A stretch of 62,081 bases of DNA, counting the filler, from Sphacelaria rigidula (lineage: Eukaryota), in the NCBI GenBank assembly GCA_964200075.2. It is 6 parts of 6 records of this genome, joined end to end, with 100 filler letters (N's around TTAATTAATTAA, not from the genome) between each part and the next. Parts side by side here need not be neighbours in the genome. Positions count along the whole stretch, not along the records: positions 1 to 10,264 come from CAXNAA020006833.1; positions 10,365 to 20,628 come from CAXNAA020006834.1; 4 more parts are not named here. One strand, written 5' to 3'. Under the pieces are notes generated by a model that was not told the origin of the DNA, ran no database searches, and saw only the letters and a program-made list of their open reading frames with translations. Every line of letters begins with the position of its first letter. Position 1 is the stretch's first letter. A program made the translations under genes and the position numbers. Shown here one piece after another: positions 1-13,259 of this stretch.

Positions 1-238
1 TGGGTACACAAAATTCGACTTAACGGTCGACGAGGGAAAGGAACTGCTGAACCCCTCTCGCGATAAAAAATAAAGGCAAGCACCGCAGAAGGAAGGCGGG
101 GTATTAAAAACAAAAAATAAAATAAAATAACTCCTGTGTTGACCTTCCTTCTGTGTGTGACCCCGGCTGATGCGCCCACTTATCCCGAAAGGGGTAGACT
201 GGCGCCCAGAATACATGGGACGACAACACACACACATA
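1..238 (+). mobile_element. tRNA-derived SINE, 5'-truncated by contig start
   Basis: Colinear with the body and (CA)n tail of the full SINE at 35112-35466 (TGGGTACACAAAATTCGACT...GGGACGACAACACACAC). Confidence 0.85.
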
Positions 239-639
239 CTTTAATGTACTTTCTTCCACACCATGGATAAAATATTCCCTTGTCAAAAAGTGTATAGCGT
301 AGAGCAAAGCGTCTATTGCAACATACAATGGATTCCGTACTGTGTGGGCAGTACAGTTTGACAATGGAATCTATTGTTCGGGGTGTGCTTTTTTCAGGAA
401 TCGGGAAGGTTTGTACGGCAATGTTGCAAGACATGAGAAGAAACAAAGTATGTATGTCCCGGCAAAGTGACCGCTGCGACTCGAACAGGGAAAAAATCGT
501 GGACGAGTTTTGACCTGGAAAACTCAGTTCATTCATTTTTTCGGTAGGTATTTGATTATAGTCTCATTCATTGCTCTCATTTCGCATTTGTGACCAATGT
601 GGTACATCAATCCAGTCGCAGACCCAAATAGCGAATAGT

Positions 640-731
640 GTGTACTCATGATCTTGCATGCCATAATCCAGATTGACCTCGCATCCTCCCTACAAAGCCG
701 GGACGGAATACGCCGGTTTTCGCTGGACCAG
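640..731 (+). repeat. Dispersed G-tract/GTACTCAT repeat family copy (subtype I)
   Basis: GTGTACTCATGATCTTGCATGCC...TTGACCTCGCATC...CCTACAAAGCCGGGACGGA matches 59430-59526. Confidence 0.7.
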
Positions 732-2937
732 GTGTATAGAGGGGCAATGAACATTGCCCTTAACTGGAGACTAGCAAAAATCTAGCTTACCATGAGATGT
801 TGCGGGGAGGAGTGAAGCGAGCCGTCCATACGTGTGGAATAACGCAGACTCAAACCGTCATTGAGGGATAACGGGACTGCAACATACAGAAGCGAATATG
901 ATAATCGTCCCCGGTCCCCGGTACAATTACTCTCCGTGGAGGCGTATTTCGTGCGCCGCGGACGAAAAGGACGAATACTCCACAGCCGTCACAAACGACC
1001 TCCAACATCGGAAGGTGAGAGCTCGCGATAGGTCGGCCTAACGAAACAAGCTGAACTTGTCGATCCCCATTGAATTTGCGTCATGTTTACTTAGCAAGTA
1101 GCCTCTGTTTCACTGCTCCGCCCACACGTGCTCTGAGGTATTTCGAATCAAGTGCCCGAAGTACCAAAACATACCGATCGTAAGGAGTCCGTATTTCGTT
1201 ATCAATCCGTGAGTAAGGCTACGGCATTCCCACGAACAATTCGCCCCTTTGGAAGTCAGATTGCGTTCACCCCAAAAGTGGTGGGGCAGCTCATGGGGAG
1301 ACTCGCCTGTTGTTATCTCGAGGCGTCGCAGTGCGGGTGATGATAGCTTTGGGTGCTGACCGCACCGGATGTCTCATGCTTCCTACACGTGTTTCACTTG
1401 ACGAGCGTACAGAAGTCGCACTTTTCCAAATTTTGCTCACGGTAAGAGATGGTCGTTCTTGACGCGTCATGGATGGGTACAGTGCAGTAGCCAACTGTCA
1501 CGTCACGGTCTGCACGAGTACCGTTGTGTCCCCGCTCAGCGTGTAGTCGTTCACCGAAATGCCTTCCGGTCAATGAAGACTAATATCGCTACAGTTCTGT
1601 ACAGGCAGTACCGTAGTATGACCCTGTTTGTTTGACGATGTGTTGAACGATCCCCTCCCTCCCTCCGCGCCGAAAACAAGTACGGTAGAGTACTTCGAAA
1701 AACCTGCAAGCGTTGGGGGTAACTTATGCCCATGTTGAAGTTGCTGGGTTGTTCCTCGCGTGCCTCCTTTCGGTGATGTTTGCAGTCTCCCACTATCACG
1801 AGTGTAGACCCTCGCGTGCGCTAGCTCAAGCTTTGAGGGGCACAGTGGGTATACCTGGCTGTCATGCAGTCAACTCGGTTCAAGGCAAGGGTTGACAGTA
1901 TGCTTTCCAATTTGACCAAAAAGGCCCGTCTATGGGAAAATTTGCCATGCACGTGGTGGTGGTTTGAAGGCATTTAGTTTAGACGAATGTGGAAGTATCG
2001 GTCCCATTTTTCGCCCCGAGAAAGTACTGATTAAGTTGAGCTGGAAAAGCACCCAGCATCACGCAGTGTGCCAGAGTGTGACAGCAATCAGATGTGTTGC
2101 AAGTGGCTATCATGGCGTGAGTCCACAGCTCAGAGCGATTTTGGACTCTGTTGACTGGTCACCTACTCGTATCATGGTATCCGTATTGTTCTGTCTGCAC
2201 GTGTGCATGTAGGTTCCGGGTTTCTCCGCTCCGACTGTCAGACTGTTTCAAACAGTCCTTCCACGCAAACATCCTGCTAAGCGAGGGTAGCTGTCTTCTC
2301 TGGTTGAGTATAGTGCTGTATTTGTTTATATATGGGTAATGCTGGTTGTGCTTGCTTAGGACCCAACTGATTTTTCTCTCCGTCGACGTGCCTCGTCTTG
2401 AACATATATTACTCTTTTTTTGCGGGTGGTACGGAGGTCCGTGTACATGTTTCTCCCATCCATTTTCACGGCGCGATGTTGCTTGTGATGCTTCCACGTG
2501 TCGCGGAGGGAAGGATTGATATGGAATAACATTACCCCAACCGTTCAACTGTCGATGCCGAGTGTGTCATCGATTGAACCCGACTTCCCCAAGAGCGTGA
2601 GGATATTCACCGGGAAAGCAGCCGTAGACAAGAGATGCGACACCAAGTGGCGTCATGGCATATTTCACATGTCGAATCGTAGACAAAGATGCGGCAATAA
2701 GTGATGTCATGGTATACTTCTCATGTCGGACTCACTGACCGGCAAACGAAGGATACATCCTTGAAGGGATTTATTTCCTCGGTTACAGGACTTACTTTTT
2801 GAAGTACCGATGCCCCATCGCATCTCCCACCCGCTTGATGCAATTAATACCTAACATGCATCACTCGAAAACTGATGGTGAAAAGAAATTGCTCCCTGGA
2901 AGTCTTCCCCGCCCTGGGGTGTCTCGCTAGACGGGGC

Positions 2938-3085
2938 CGGGGTGTAATCATCATGCATGCCACAGTCATCAGACCGGGCGGAGACGGGGCGCGGGGGGGC
3001 GGGGATGGGGGGGGGGCGCGAGGGGGGGGGGGCGTACTCATTTGTCGCTTGCCTCAGTCGTGTGACCATCGACTACGCATCCCTC
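2938..3085 (+). repeat. Dispersed G-tract/GTACTCAT repeat family (subtype I then subtype II)
   Basis: GGGGTGTAATCATCATGCATGCCACAGTCATCAGACC, then poly-G + CGTACTCATTTGTCGCTTGCCTCAGTCG...CGCATCCC. The same motifs occur at 57121-57185 and 62020-62081, and inverted at 30842-30932, 38760-38813 and 51819-52119. Confidence 0.75.
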
Positions 3086-3513
3086 GGGGCGGGGGGGGCG
3101 GGGGGGGCGGAGGGCTGGGCAGGAAATATTGCTACCTTTGAAGACGTCGGAAATAGCCTGCTGTTGCCTTCTTACACTTTTCTTATCGATAGCAGGAGAT
3201 ATGCTCTGAAATTGCTGGCTCACCCATTGAGTCCAGAGTACCCAGCTGCCCCCAACACCACAACTCATCAAGTCTAGATACGTTTGATTCCAATTCCGCC
3301 TGTGCGGCACGTATCTAGACTCCCGAGCCTATTTAGCTGGAGGGTGCACCAGCACAGCCTCCCAGGAAGCATTTGGGCACACGGAGGGTACACGTCTCTC
3401 CCATCCCATCATTCTGCTACATGACACGCGTCATAAACCCCCTTCCCTCCCCATTCCATCTCTAAAGCAGAAAAACGCACAAGGCAAGGCGAACGGTACG
3501 CGACAAAATCATC

Positions 3514-6500
3514 ATGAAGTTTTCATCTACACCAACACACGTCCTGAGCCTCCTGCTAATGGCCGCAACATGCAGCTCCGCACACCAGCACGACTTGCAC
3601 CACCACTCGGCGGTTTTCCGTGGCGTGTCGCACGATGACTTGAGGGCGACGGTCCAGGGTGAGGAGCACGATCTCCTACACCCCCTCGAGTACTACTCGC
3701 CCAAATTTATTGGGTGGGCACTCAAGCACGGGGTCTGGTTTGACAGCGTTTCCGAAGGGGTGCACGCTCTCAAGGTCAGTTTTTTGTACCAGTTGTACGA
3801 AGTACGTTGTTTGGCACGGAGTCTAAAGTTGAATCCTGAGCACGAGATAATCCCGAGGAGAAGAATTGTCTGTGTTTGTATCTGCTATGAATGGAACCCC
3901 GACTTTGCTTCAAGTGATTTCATGGTGGACGGGTCAGTAGTCTCGTCTTGGATCTAACCGGTATGAGGCAACATGACTGTGGGATATGGTGGGACTTCGA
4001 GGCGCCAAGGAACATCTCAGATCCACGCCCAGTCTTCCGGTATGATGCCGGGCACACCACGAGTACGTGAGATCTAAGATATTTGACAGCTATGCCACAC
4101 CGTCAGCCCGCGCATGCAAAGAATGTAATGCTTGTTCCAACACCGTTCAATCCCTCCTTGGTCATATTTATCAAAGCGATGGGTCCTCATCATGCCGATG
4201 CTCCACATGTTTTCTCGTGTCCAGAACTTCGCGCGGGCGGATGACAAGATCGCTTTGCACGACAGCGAGGAAACGGGCTACACAATCGGCCACAACGCGT
4301 ACTCGCACATGTGAGGAAACATACTGCTGCTTAATGTGTGGAACAACACATTGATGAGAGAAAGGATATCCTTGAGTCGTGTCTCGTGTGAGGGGAGGAT
4401 GTGTTGTGCTGACGGTGGTATCTCGACCTTGAGTTGTGTTAATGGCCCCAATGGTAAAATTTGGCATCTTCTCTGGATGTTTGTATTATAAATCTGAAAA
4501 CATCTGGGCCGCGCCGAGTCATGATGTGGTACGGGTACGTGGAGTATGTGTTTCCGGAGTGGACACTTGATTTCGTTGTGAGTGCGCGGAATGCCAGTTT
4601 TGACCACGTACATGTGCATTGCTCCCAGCTAAGTGTTGCTCTTGATTTGCCTGTGCACTACTTGCATGAACGGATCCGTTCATTTTCAGAGAGCTGTTCC
4701 ACCTGTCCCTTCAGTCGTCGATTTGAAGAGCTGATTTTGCTCTCTTCTTTTTGGCTCTGCGCAGGTCTTGGGAAGAATTCAGGGATCACTTTTCCCTTGG
4801 CAAAGGCATGGTCTTGCCTCCTCGAGGGCAGCGTAGTCCTGACTTCAGACCTAGGCTTGCAGGGGAGGCGCCCCCCGGTCCTAAACTTGGTGTCGAGGAC
4901 CTGCCTGAAGAGGTATGTCTGGTGTCACGCTTACAAGTGTGAACTTCCGTCCTATAGAACGGCAATTGTGTACCGCGCCCAAAACGCTTCATTCAATATT
5001 CGCGCAGAAATGGATCATACGATTTTCAATGTAATGATGAAATCGCAGGTGGACTGGACGAAAAAGGGTGGTGTGACCGAGGTTAAAAATCAGGGTTCCT
5101 GCGGTAGCTGCTGGTCCTTCTCTACTACGGGTTCTATGGAAGGGGCACACTTCATCAAGACCGGCGACCTTGCCGTTCTCAGCGAGCAGGTGCGTACCCG
5201 AAATGATGGAGGGATCAAGGACAGGGGGGAAAGGGGGGGGCACAACTGGCGAGTTTCGAGCAGTCGCTGTTTAGCTTTCTCACATGTGAACGAGAACTCG
5301 CAGATCAATCTGCGACATCCTGTTGACCTTGATTTCTTCACAATGAATACTGACACTCGCACTTTCTGAGGGAGGGTGCGCATTTATTTCTGCGTGGAAG
5401 TCGGAACAGCACACAGTTCGAAAGCTGGGGGAGGGCAGGGCTCTGTCGTGAGGGAACATCCATTCCGCAAAACGTCCCCGGACTCGTCCCGAGGCGACCA
5501 CAGCCTAGCGCGTGTGTATGTTGGGGACGAGCATATGTTCGTCTTTACAACGGTATTTTTTTATTCGTAGATGCCCGCTGTCCCCGTTTGTGCTGCGTCC
5601 GTAGGAACTGGTGGACTGCGACACGTACGACATGGGGTGCCAGGGTGGACTGATGGACTACTCCTTCCACTGGATCCAGCAAAATGGTGGTATCTGCAGC
5701 GAGCAGGTGCGACGGTGTTGAGTGGGTGTTTTTCACAGACGACGTTACAGTGGAACGTCAGTGAACCACGTCGTGGCGGGTGATGATTCCTCGGGGCACG
5801 GTCAATCCTTCCCTGAGTGTATGTACTAAGGTGTCTTGTTACTGACGTAATCTTGCGGTGCTATGGATGTTCAAACAGGACTACCCCTACATCGCCACGG
5901 GCGGGATCTGCCAGAAGTCATCTTGCGACGTCGTTCCGGGTACTGGGGTGGACAAGTGGATTGACGTGGGCACCACCGAGGAGGTGGGTGCTGGTCTGCT
6001 CGACTCTTGTTGCCCGTTGTACGAAAGAATAGCGCGTCGTAAAGCCGGTGTAATTGACTGTCAACGCAACCTGCTACGATTTTTGTAGGTTCGTGACAGC
6101 TAATATCGTGGCACATGGACTACGAAGGTTCAAGCCCTGGTTTTCGCAAAAAAAAGGGAACAACACAACCAGGACGTGAAACGTGTGACCCCCACAGTAC
6201 CCTCTAACTCTAACCGAACCCTCACGTGTTCGCAATGGGTTGCAATGTCGCAGGAGCTAATGGCGGCCGTCGCTCAGCAACCCGTATCCATCGCGATTGA
6301 AGCCGATCAGGTACGGACTCAGTGATGCTATTATGCTAGCGGATGGGTCGATGTAACGGGCAGGTTGCTCGAGCAGCCCCCGTGTGTGACAATTCTGCGG
6401 TTGGAGTATAATTTGTTGAATGCTGCCAACTCAAACGTTAGAATGGGCTGAGGAGTCACTAATCACTTCGTAAAAGTGCTTTTTGTACGTCGCAAGGGCT

Positions 6501-8386
6501 CGTGGGTCTGTTGCGCCTGAACCATCGTCCGCCAGTTATTGTGCTCATGTGGGTAGGCAAGATGTCTGCACTCGAGGTAAGGTCAACTAAAATTCATTTT
6601 GACGGTAGCATGCGCTCCTTACGTGTTGTGTTCGTAACAGATGAGCTTCCAGCTGTACTCCGGAGGTGTCCTGACCGCCACGTGCGGCACCAACTTGGAC
6701 CACGGTGTCCTGCTTGTGGGATACGGCGTGTACGAAGATGGCACCAAGTACTGGAAGGTGAAAGTCGAGCATGCCACATGCGGTACAATAGTCAGCGTAA
6801 GAAGTATGAAGAATTCGTAGTTTCTTACTTTCTCGAAGATTTTCCAAAATTGTAGTTTGCCATCGCTCATCACAGTGACTGTTGTATGCCAAAAAATAGG
6901 CATCTAGAGAAAATTTAATCCTCTTGACAAATATTGAAAGAAGAGTTATCTGGGCTTGACCGATCTTCGGGGGACCTGCGAAAGTGCAACCCCAAGTTTG
7001 AGCTTTTTGGTATTTTCGGTGGACCGACTCGACACCGATGAAGTAATTGAAGACTCAAGAAGGATATATTTTTTTTAATTCCACCTGGTCACTGCGCTAA
7101 AGCCGGAAAACCATGTTTCTTGAACCATTTACGGTCAATGACACCCTCCTGATGGACGGGGTCTTTACTCCGTATCGCCCCCACAACACCAACTTGGGCA
7201 TTGTGGTTTGAGCACGGTCTTCTTATTCCGCCAAAACTATCAACGATAGCACTTTCGAGTGCCCATGGAAACTGTTATACACAAACCCTCCGAAAAGAGG
7301 CCATCCGCAGAAGATGATGGACTGAGGTCTGTGCAGTATAGGAAGGAAACACGATCTCGATCGTTATTGTGAAAAATTGTACACGTTCATTTATCTTGAT
7401 ATCTACCGTTTCGTTGCGGGAGAGCCAGAAAAGTGCTATAATTGGGCCAAGAACGGTGTTGGACACCCTCCTGATGAACGGGGTATCTAGCCCGTATCGC
7501 CCCACAAACTCCGGCTTGGGCACTGCAATTGAAGCGCGGCCTACGCTTTCCTCCTGAATCTATCGGCGCTAGCACTTGTAAGTAGTAATGAAAAACAGTA
7601 CTGTCGAGAAACTCGAAAACTACAACAATACGGATTCTCAAAACTTCTGATGCTGACTACTATAGCCTGATGTCTTCGAGTGTTGGCATGCACAGGAATT
7701 GTGCCGAACCTGTCGACTTAAGAGAGAGCTAGTTTTGATTTTCTTGCGATTCAAGCCATGCAGTTGTATGGGACGAACCCCATCCATCTTTCAACATTCA
7801 TGGACGAAGCACAGAAAAGTACGTGGTTAACCAGCCTCGGCTACCGAAGGCGCTTCCGTGGTGTAGATGTTATACTACTAATGCCACAAAGTACAATTGG
7901 TAATCACACCTCACGCGTCTTTCGAACGACGCATACTTGGGTTCCGTCATCCAGTGTGTCGTGAAGCGAGACTGCCGAGGAGCTGCCCTGTACCTGAGGT
8001 AACGGAAGTTGAATTCCCCGGGAAAAGTCTCCATGCGGATATTCTACTTTCCCTGAAGTAGTCCGAGTAACCTGTTTTCTATGCGAAGGTATCTGTTGCA
8101 CAAAGCTTGTCATGCAAAAACATTCGCCCCCCCAATGTCAAATCAATCATCGGCTGAGGTGCAGTCGTGTCAAATATCTGGATCAAGTCCGGATTCGTTC
8201 TGCTGGAGTCTCCCCCCTTTCTCACACTTACTCGCGCCGCGCGTTGGCTCTAATTGAATTTAGGTGAAGAACTCCTGGGGCGGTGACTGGGGCATGAAGG
8301 GGTACATCCTTCTCAAGCGCGAGGCTCCCCAGCACGGTGGCGAGTGCGGCATCCTCATGCAGGCCTCCTACCCCGTGCTTGCATAA
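3514..8386 (+). CDS. Papain-family (C1A) cathepsin L-like cysteine protease, pre-pro-enzyme, 9 exons, 379 aa
   Basis: Exons 3514-3774, 4225-4310, 4765-4912, 5049-5189, 5605-5706, 5879-5983, 6254-6310, 6641-6757, 8264-8386. All introns are GT-AG, phases are compatible, and the total is 1140 nt ending in TAA. It has a signal peptide ([23 protein letters not shown]), an I29-like prodomain and the mature start LPEEVDW. Further motifs: [11 protein letters not shown] (oxyanion Q, catalytic C), [27 protein letters not shown] (H), YWKVKNSWG (N), [10 protein letters not shown]. Confidence 0.96.
7140..7542 (+). repeat. Two diverged ~80-bp direct repeats (7140-7220, 7462-7542) in the long last intron of the protease gene
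   Basis: GACACCCTCCTGATG(G/A)ACGGGGT...CCGTATCGCCCC...CTTGGGCA occurs twice, 322 bp apart. Confidence 0.7.
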
Positions 8387-10264
8387 GTACCAATTGGATA
8401 TATAGCCGATCTTATCCCCATCGCCACTCCTCACCTGTAATGCTGATGCGTGCTCAAGTGGAAGACCTCCGAGCAGCGCTAGCCAAGTACGATTATGAGT
8501 CGGCTGGGGGGTGGAGGGGGAGAGTGGAGAGGGCAACGGCACGGAACAGACACTGAAACGGTGGTGTCGGAGAGGTATCAGAGTCACGATTTTGAGCTCT
8601 AGTGCACGCGGTTACGTCCAGGGCGATGACTGAGTCAAATTTTGTGCGCCTGGTCGCAACATGGTGCCGTGCTTGACGCAGACTTCCCCGAGTTGGAGCG
8701 TGCCGCTTCTGCTGTATCATACGAAAGTCGCAACTAGTAGCAATGCATTTGCTATCCTCATCTCCGTTCGCCTTCAGTCCTTGTTGGTAGCGCGGACACG
8801 TACCGTCGCAGCCTAGGAGACGAGATGAAAACATGATCAAATTGTCGATAGCGGGCACGTGAGGGAGACGGATTCGTTGTAAATTTTCGCACTGTAGATA
8901 GCAGTTCCTGAGAGTACGGAACTCGACCGCGCGTGCTTGTTCGCTTGATGTCTCGTAATATGTGTCGGCCTACCCAAATTGTAAATGTTGTCCGAGACGT
9001 GTATTTGCCCTAAATGAGCCAGCGCCGTACGTGATGGTATTCTCCGGTTCCTTGTGAAAACGTCTGAGTCGAGAAATTGACGAGTGGAAGGCGATGTAGC
9101 CGTTGCGTGAAAGAATTATTGATCGACCAATCCCATCATGAAATGGGAGGGGACTTGACCGATGACGATGTGTTCAGTGTCCCCGTTTCGAGGCTTGACA
9201 GCCTTTGTAAGGCGCACTGTTGGTCGAACAGTTGCGATCCCATACTAGAAAAGGTGTCAGACGGTGTCCGAGAAACGAAGTTGGCATTTATTTGGTGTCC
9301 GGATTAATTTCTCTGCCACCAACCGAAGACTGACTCCCGGTACATGAGGTACTTGAGTCAGAGATGTTGTGTCAACAAAAGGGCATGTTTGTTGCGTCAA
9401 CTCGCGACCACTGGATGGTGCCGATGGCGTTGGTGGCTCGAGTTCGTACCTCTAAACCAATGCCCACTACATCGATTCATTTCATTGATTTGTCACACTG
9501 CAACCGATCCTCTGGAAATCCGGCCGTGGTTACACGATGGATGTACCCGAGACATGAAGGATTCGAAAGAACACGCACACGAAGATTCTTGTTGAGATAA
9601 CCCAACTTACCAAGGGTTGTGGCTCGTCCCCTCGTGGGGTTCAGTGCATCATACCTGAAGGCCTCGGCACTTTGATCATACCTCGCTTATTTCCTTCGAA
9701 TTTTCATGACCCGTCTGGCCGTGTTGTACGTTAGAATCATGGTGGGGTATCAAGTATTGATATGAAGTGTTCAACGAAGCAACTGCTCGCATACTTCGAG
9801 GGGGACAAACATGATGAGAAGTGTACTCTAAAAAATAGTGGAAGACGATGACATGTGTGAATAAAATGATCCACATAATATTGACATATTCTTGCATGCT
9901 TCGTGAAGTCAAATGACATGGACGGAGAGTTTTTCTCTTTCAACATTGAGTATTTCAAAGTCTGCAAGATGGCCCAGCCTGTATAGAAAACGGACTGGAG
10001 TCACAGCCGTGTCTCACCCACGTGGACAAACCGGGCCGTGATCCGCATTTCTTTTCGATCTTCCAATAATTAAGAGGAATGCTACGGTAAGGGTCCACTT
10101 TTTGCCCGAAACTTTGTCTGGTTCAGAGTCCTAACGATTCTAGACATACAAGAATATGTGCCAGGGCATCCCCATTTGCAGATTTATTCGGGATATCCCC
10201 AGCACATTGGAATAGTAATCCTGGCGTACTCTCGCATATTGTCCTACGTCGCGTTTTGGATGAG

Positions 10265-10364
10265 NNNNNNNNNNNNNNNNNNNNNNNNNNNNNNNNNNNN
10301 NNNNNNNNTTAATTAATTAANNNNNNNNNNNNNNNNNNNNNNNNNNNNNNNNNNNNNNNNNNNN
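10265..10364. other. Artificial contig linker
   Basis: N44-TTAATTAATTAA-N44, giving stops in all six frames. Confidence 0.98.
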
Positions 10365-11571
10365 GGTTCGAGAGATCGAGCTAATGTGATGGATATAACA
10401 TAATAATAATAATGTCTTGCTCTTCAGAGCTGCACTATTTTCCATTATGGTCTGTCGATTTTTAATTGTGCTCTGCACTCCTTATGTTTTTCTTTCGGCT
10501 GTGCCGATGTAGGCTATCCGCATGGCCCTGTCGATTGCGTTGACTGTACACATCATACTTGATAAGGGATCCGCTTCCAATCCTTTCATCTGTATGGTTC
10601 GAAACGTCGAAATTATCGCCCGGCGCAGGACCCTTCGATCTGCGTCAGGTGGTACAAAAAAATCAAGCCGTGTTTCCATGTACCCCGAGACTTCCAACGT
10701 GTACCAACCTTGCCCTCTATCACCGCCGACTTTGTTTCACCTACATTCTTGTCCTCGGTTTGTGTCGCATCCCGATGAGGGAGCCGGCGCTGAACGTGAT
10801 TGCGTCGGGGAGGACAAGCAGGAAGCACTGAACGGTTGGCCGATGACGGTATGCCCCGGCGTGTAGTGTCAGAGTTGTGGTTTTGGTTTGACTTATCCCG
10901 TGCACTTCTTTATAGCATAACAGGGCTAATACCTTGGTGCAACCGAAAATGGTCCTCATTGTATCCCACACAGGTGGTTGATTGTATGTTTTGCTATTCG
11001 CCAGGTATGACTTCTTGACGTTCCCTAAACCGTAGTTGGATACTACCTTGTTTCCTTGCTTGAAGCTTGGTTTTCAGTATCACGCAGCCACGTATCTTCC
11101 CGTGTATTGTCCTGTCATGGCTTATTCAGTACGCAGACCTACGTAGTTTTCCTATTTTACTTTTCTGCCCTTCATGCCCAGCGTTGCCGCAAAACAGAAT
11201 TTTACCTTGCTTCCCATTTTTAACATACAGGTACATGTGTGAGCCAAGGCGCGTTGGCCCTAATACCAGTAATATAGGCGTCAGTAGTTATAAAATAGCA
11301 TCCCCCACAGAGACTGCACTCCCATAACTCTTGATCAGTTCGTGGAGAGGGTGTTTTAGCGATCCAGCCAGTGCTGGATATGGTTGAAGCCCCGCACTAC
11401 CCCGGAATCCGGTATAACTGATCCGGGGTGTCGACGCACGATTAGTTAGCTAGCTATTCGTTCTCCAGTCGAACTGAGATCCCGCGAAAACGACAGCGAC
11501 CGCACTTGCCTGCTGTTTCTGTTGTTGGAAAAGGCGATATACATTGTTTCCTCTCGTAACGGATAAGGCTA

Positions 11572-12848
11572 TACCTTGCAGTCGAGTCCAGTCAAGAGTC
11601 CCATCATTATCAGTTAAAAATATCCGTTAGCGTTAAGCACGCCTTGCGGCACCCTCGTGGGGGTGAAAAGTCCGTCGGGAGTCGCAATGGTGAAAAATTT
11701 CTAGGCTTCACGCCGCTAGCGGCATTTGCCAGTAACCCCTGTAGCATATAAAGCTTCCCAAAACACGATGCACCCAACAAATCGGCCATTTTCGTATCAT
11801 GATTCGGCATAACACTGGGCACCTTCTCGAGCTGCCTGTTGACTGCTCCGTGATCACTCACCAGACGATAGCTGCAATTTTTGGGCGCAGTCATAACTAC
11901 GCTTGCCCACACCGCCTGGATATTGCGGAATACCAACCCCAGAATCACCAGCGTAGCCATGCACCTTGCCAACCAGCTCTTCTTCACTGGAGATTATGTT
12001 CTCGGGCTCGCCTTGACTGCTTTAGCCCCCGGTCTGAAATGTACCTGCAAAGGCTCCGCGCGAGCAGGGGGGTCACCTCGCAACGCTCGTCGGGAAGCAT
12101 TGGTCCGACGGTCGACAATTTCTCGTAGCTTGCTCACCACGTTCTCCGACCTGCCATTATCCGACGCAGCTCGCACCGCCTTCTCCAGCGCCACTTTGCG
12201 CTCAACAAGCTCTTGCTGTGGTGGCATAAATATATCCGGACCCCGTGACACCAATCGCTCGACAGATGAGTCCACCGGTTCCTCGTGACCGGTCGTCTCC
12301 TGGAGCTCCTCCACCGCGAGACTCACACGCCAGCACTCGCGGAACTCATGCGTCTCGATACCCCGCAAAGAAAGGTGTTCTGCTTGCGCGCATACGCCCA
12401 GATCATTGTAGATATTGATGCCGATTTTCGCCAGAGTTTTGCTCCTGATAGTAACCACATGACCGGCGCCGGGCAAAATCGCATACCGGTAGGGCTCAAG
12501 CACCACCGGCCACCAGCTCGTGTGGAGTGCCGTACGAATCAGACACGTTTTCGAGTGCATGGTTTTTACGTTACCGTCAGCCAGTCTTACCGGGTGTCCA
12601 CGTGTCATTGATGTAACAATTGACACTCCAGGAAATGCGTTTTCCAACTGGGTTGCCACCCGTTCAGACATAATGGTTATTCCAGCTAAAGAGTCCAATA
12701 CAGCCTTGACCGGACAGACTGTCTGTACGGCGGAACCTGGGACAGACAGATCACTTCGGTAGCATTGCCGCCTATTTTCCACGCCCAAACCCTCGGCCTC
12801 CAGCTCTGCCACCTCGGAAGCAGTGTGTAAGCCCCGCCACGCCGGCAC
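11572..12848 (-). pseudogene. Retrotransposon pol fragment: aspartic protease + partial reverse transcriptase
   Basis: ORFs 11994-12848 and 11610-11987. RT homology stops just before the expected catalytic DD motif. Confidence 0.88.
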
Positions 12849-13259
12849 TGCCGCCGATGTCCACTCCTGAACTGTTTCTGTCGACGGCGGAGGCTGTACC
12901 GTAGAAGCCGGAACAGTTGGCTCGGGCTGAAACGTACTATCAACACCATTGGTGCCCCCTTGACGACCACCCCCTGGAAAAATAGCCCGGGTAGGGGTAG
13001 GACCCTGGCTCCCACCCCGCGGAGCTTGCGCCAGTTTCTGTTGTTGTTACCGTGGCTGTACGTGTCCGCCATCCCCACCGCCGGTAGCTGCAGGTTTGTT
13101 TTTCTTCTTACAGTCTTTCCTAAAATGAACTTTGTCCCCATACTCGAAACATCCTGCGTAATCAAGACCGGGTCTGCTAGATTTTCTAAGTTCGATCCGC
13201 TATCACCTGATGCAACAGTCGCAGCAGCTGCGGTGCTAGCTGCCGTCAACAGTTTCTTT

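Noticed and set aside
1291-3270. Divergent minus-strand gene upstream of the protease (exon-like pieces near 3268-3136, 2300-2200, 1786-1704, 1494-1291)
   Set aside because: I could not assemble a phase-consistent model and saw no recognisable domain.
4461-5369. 302-aa ORF as a standalone gene
   Set aside because: Only 5049-5189 is coding in that frame (protease exon 4); the rest is intron or out-of-frame exon.
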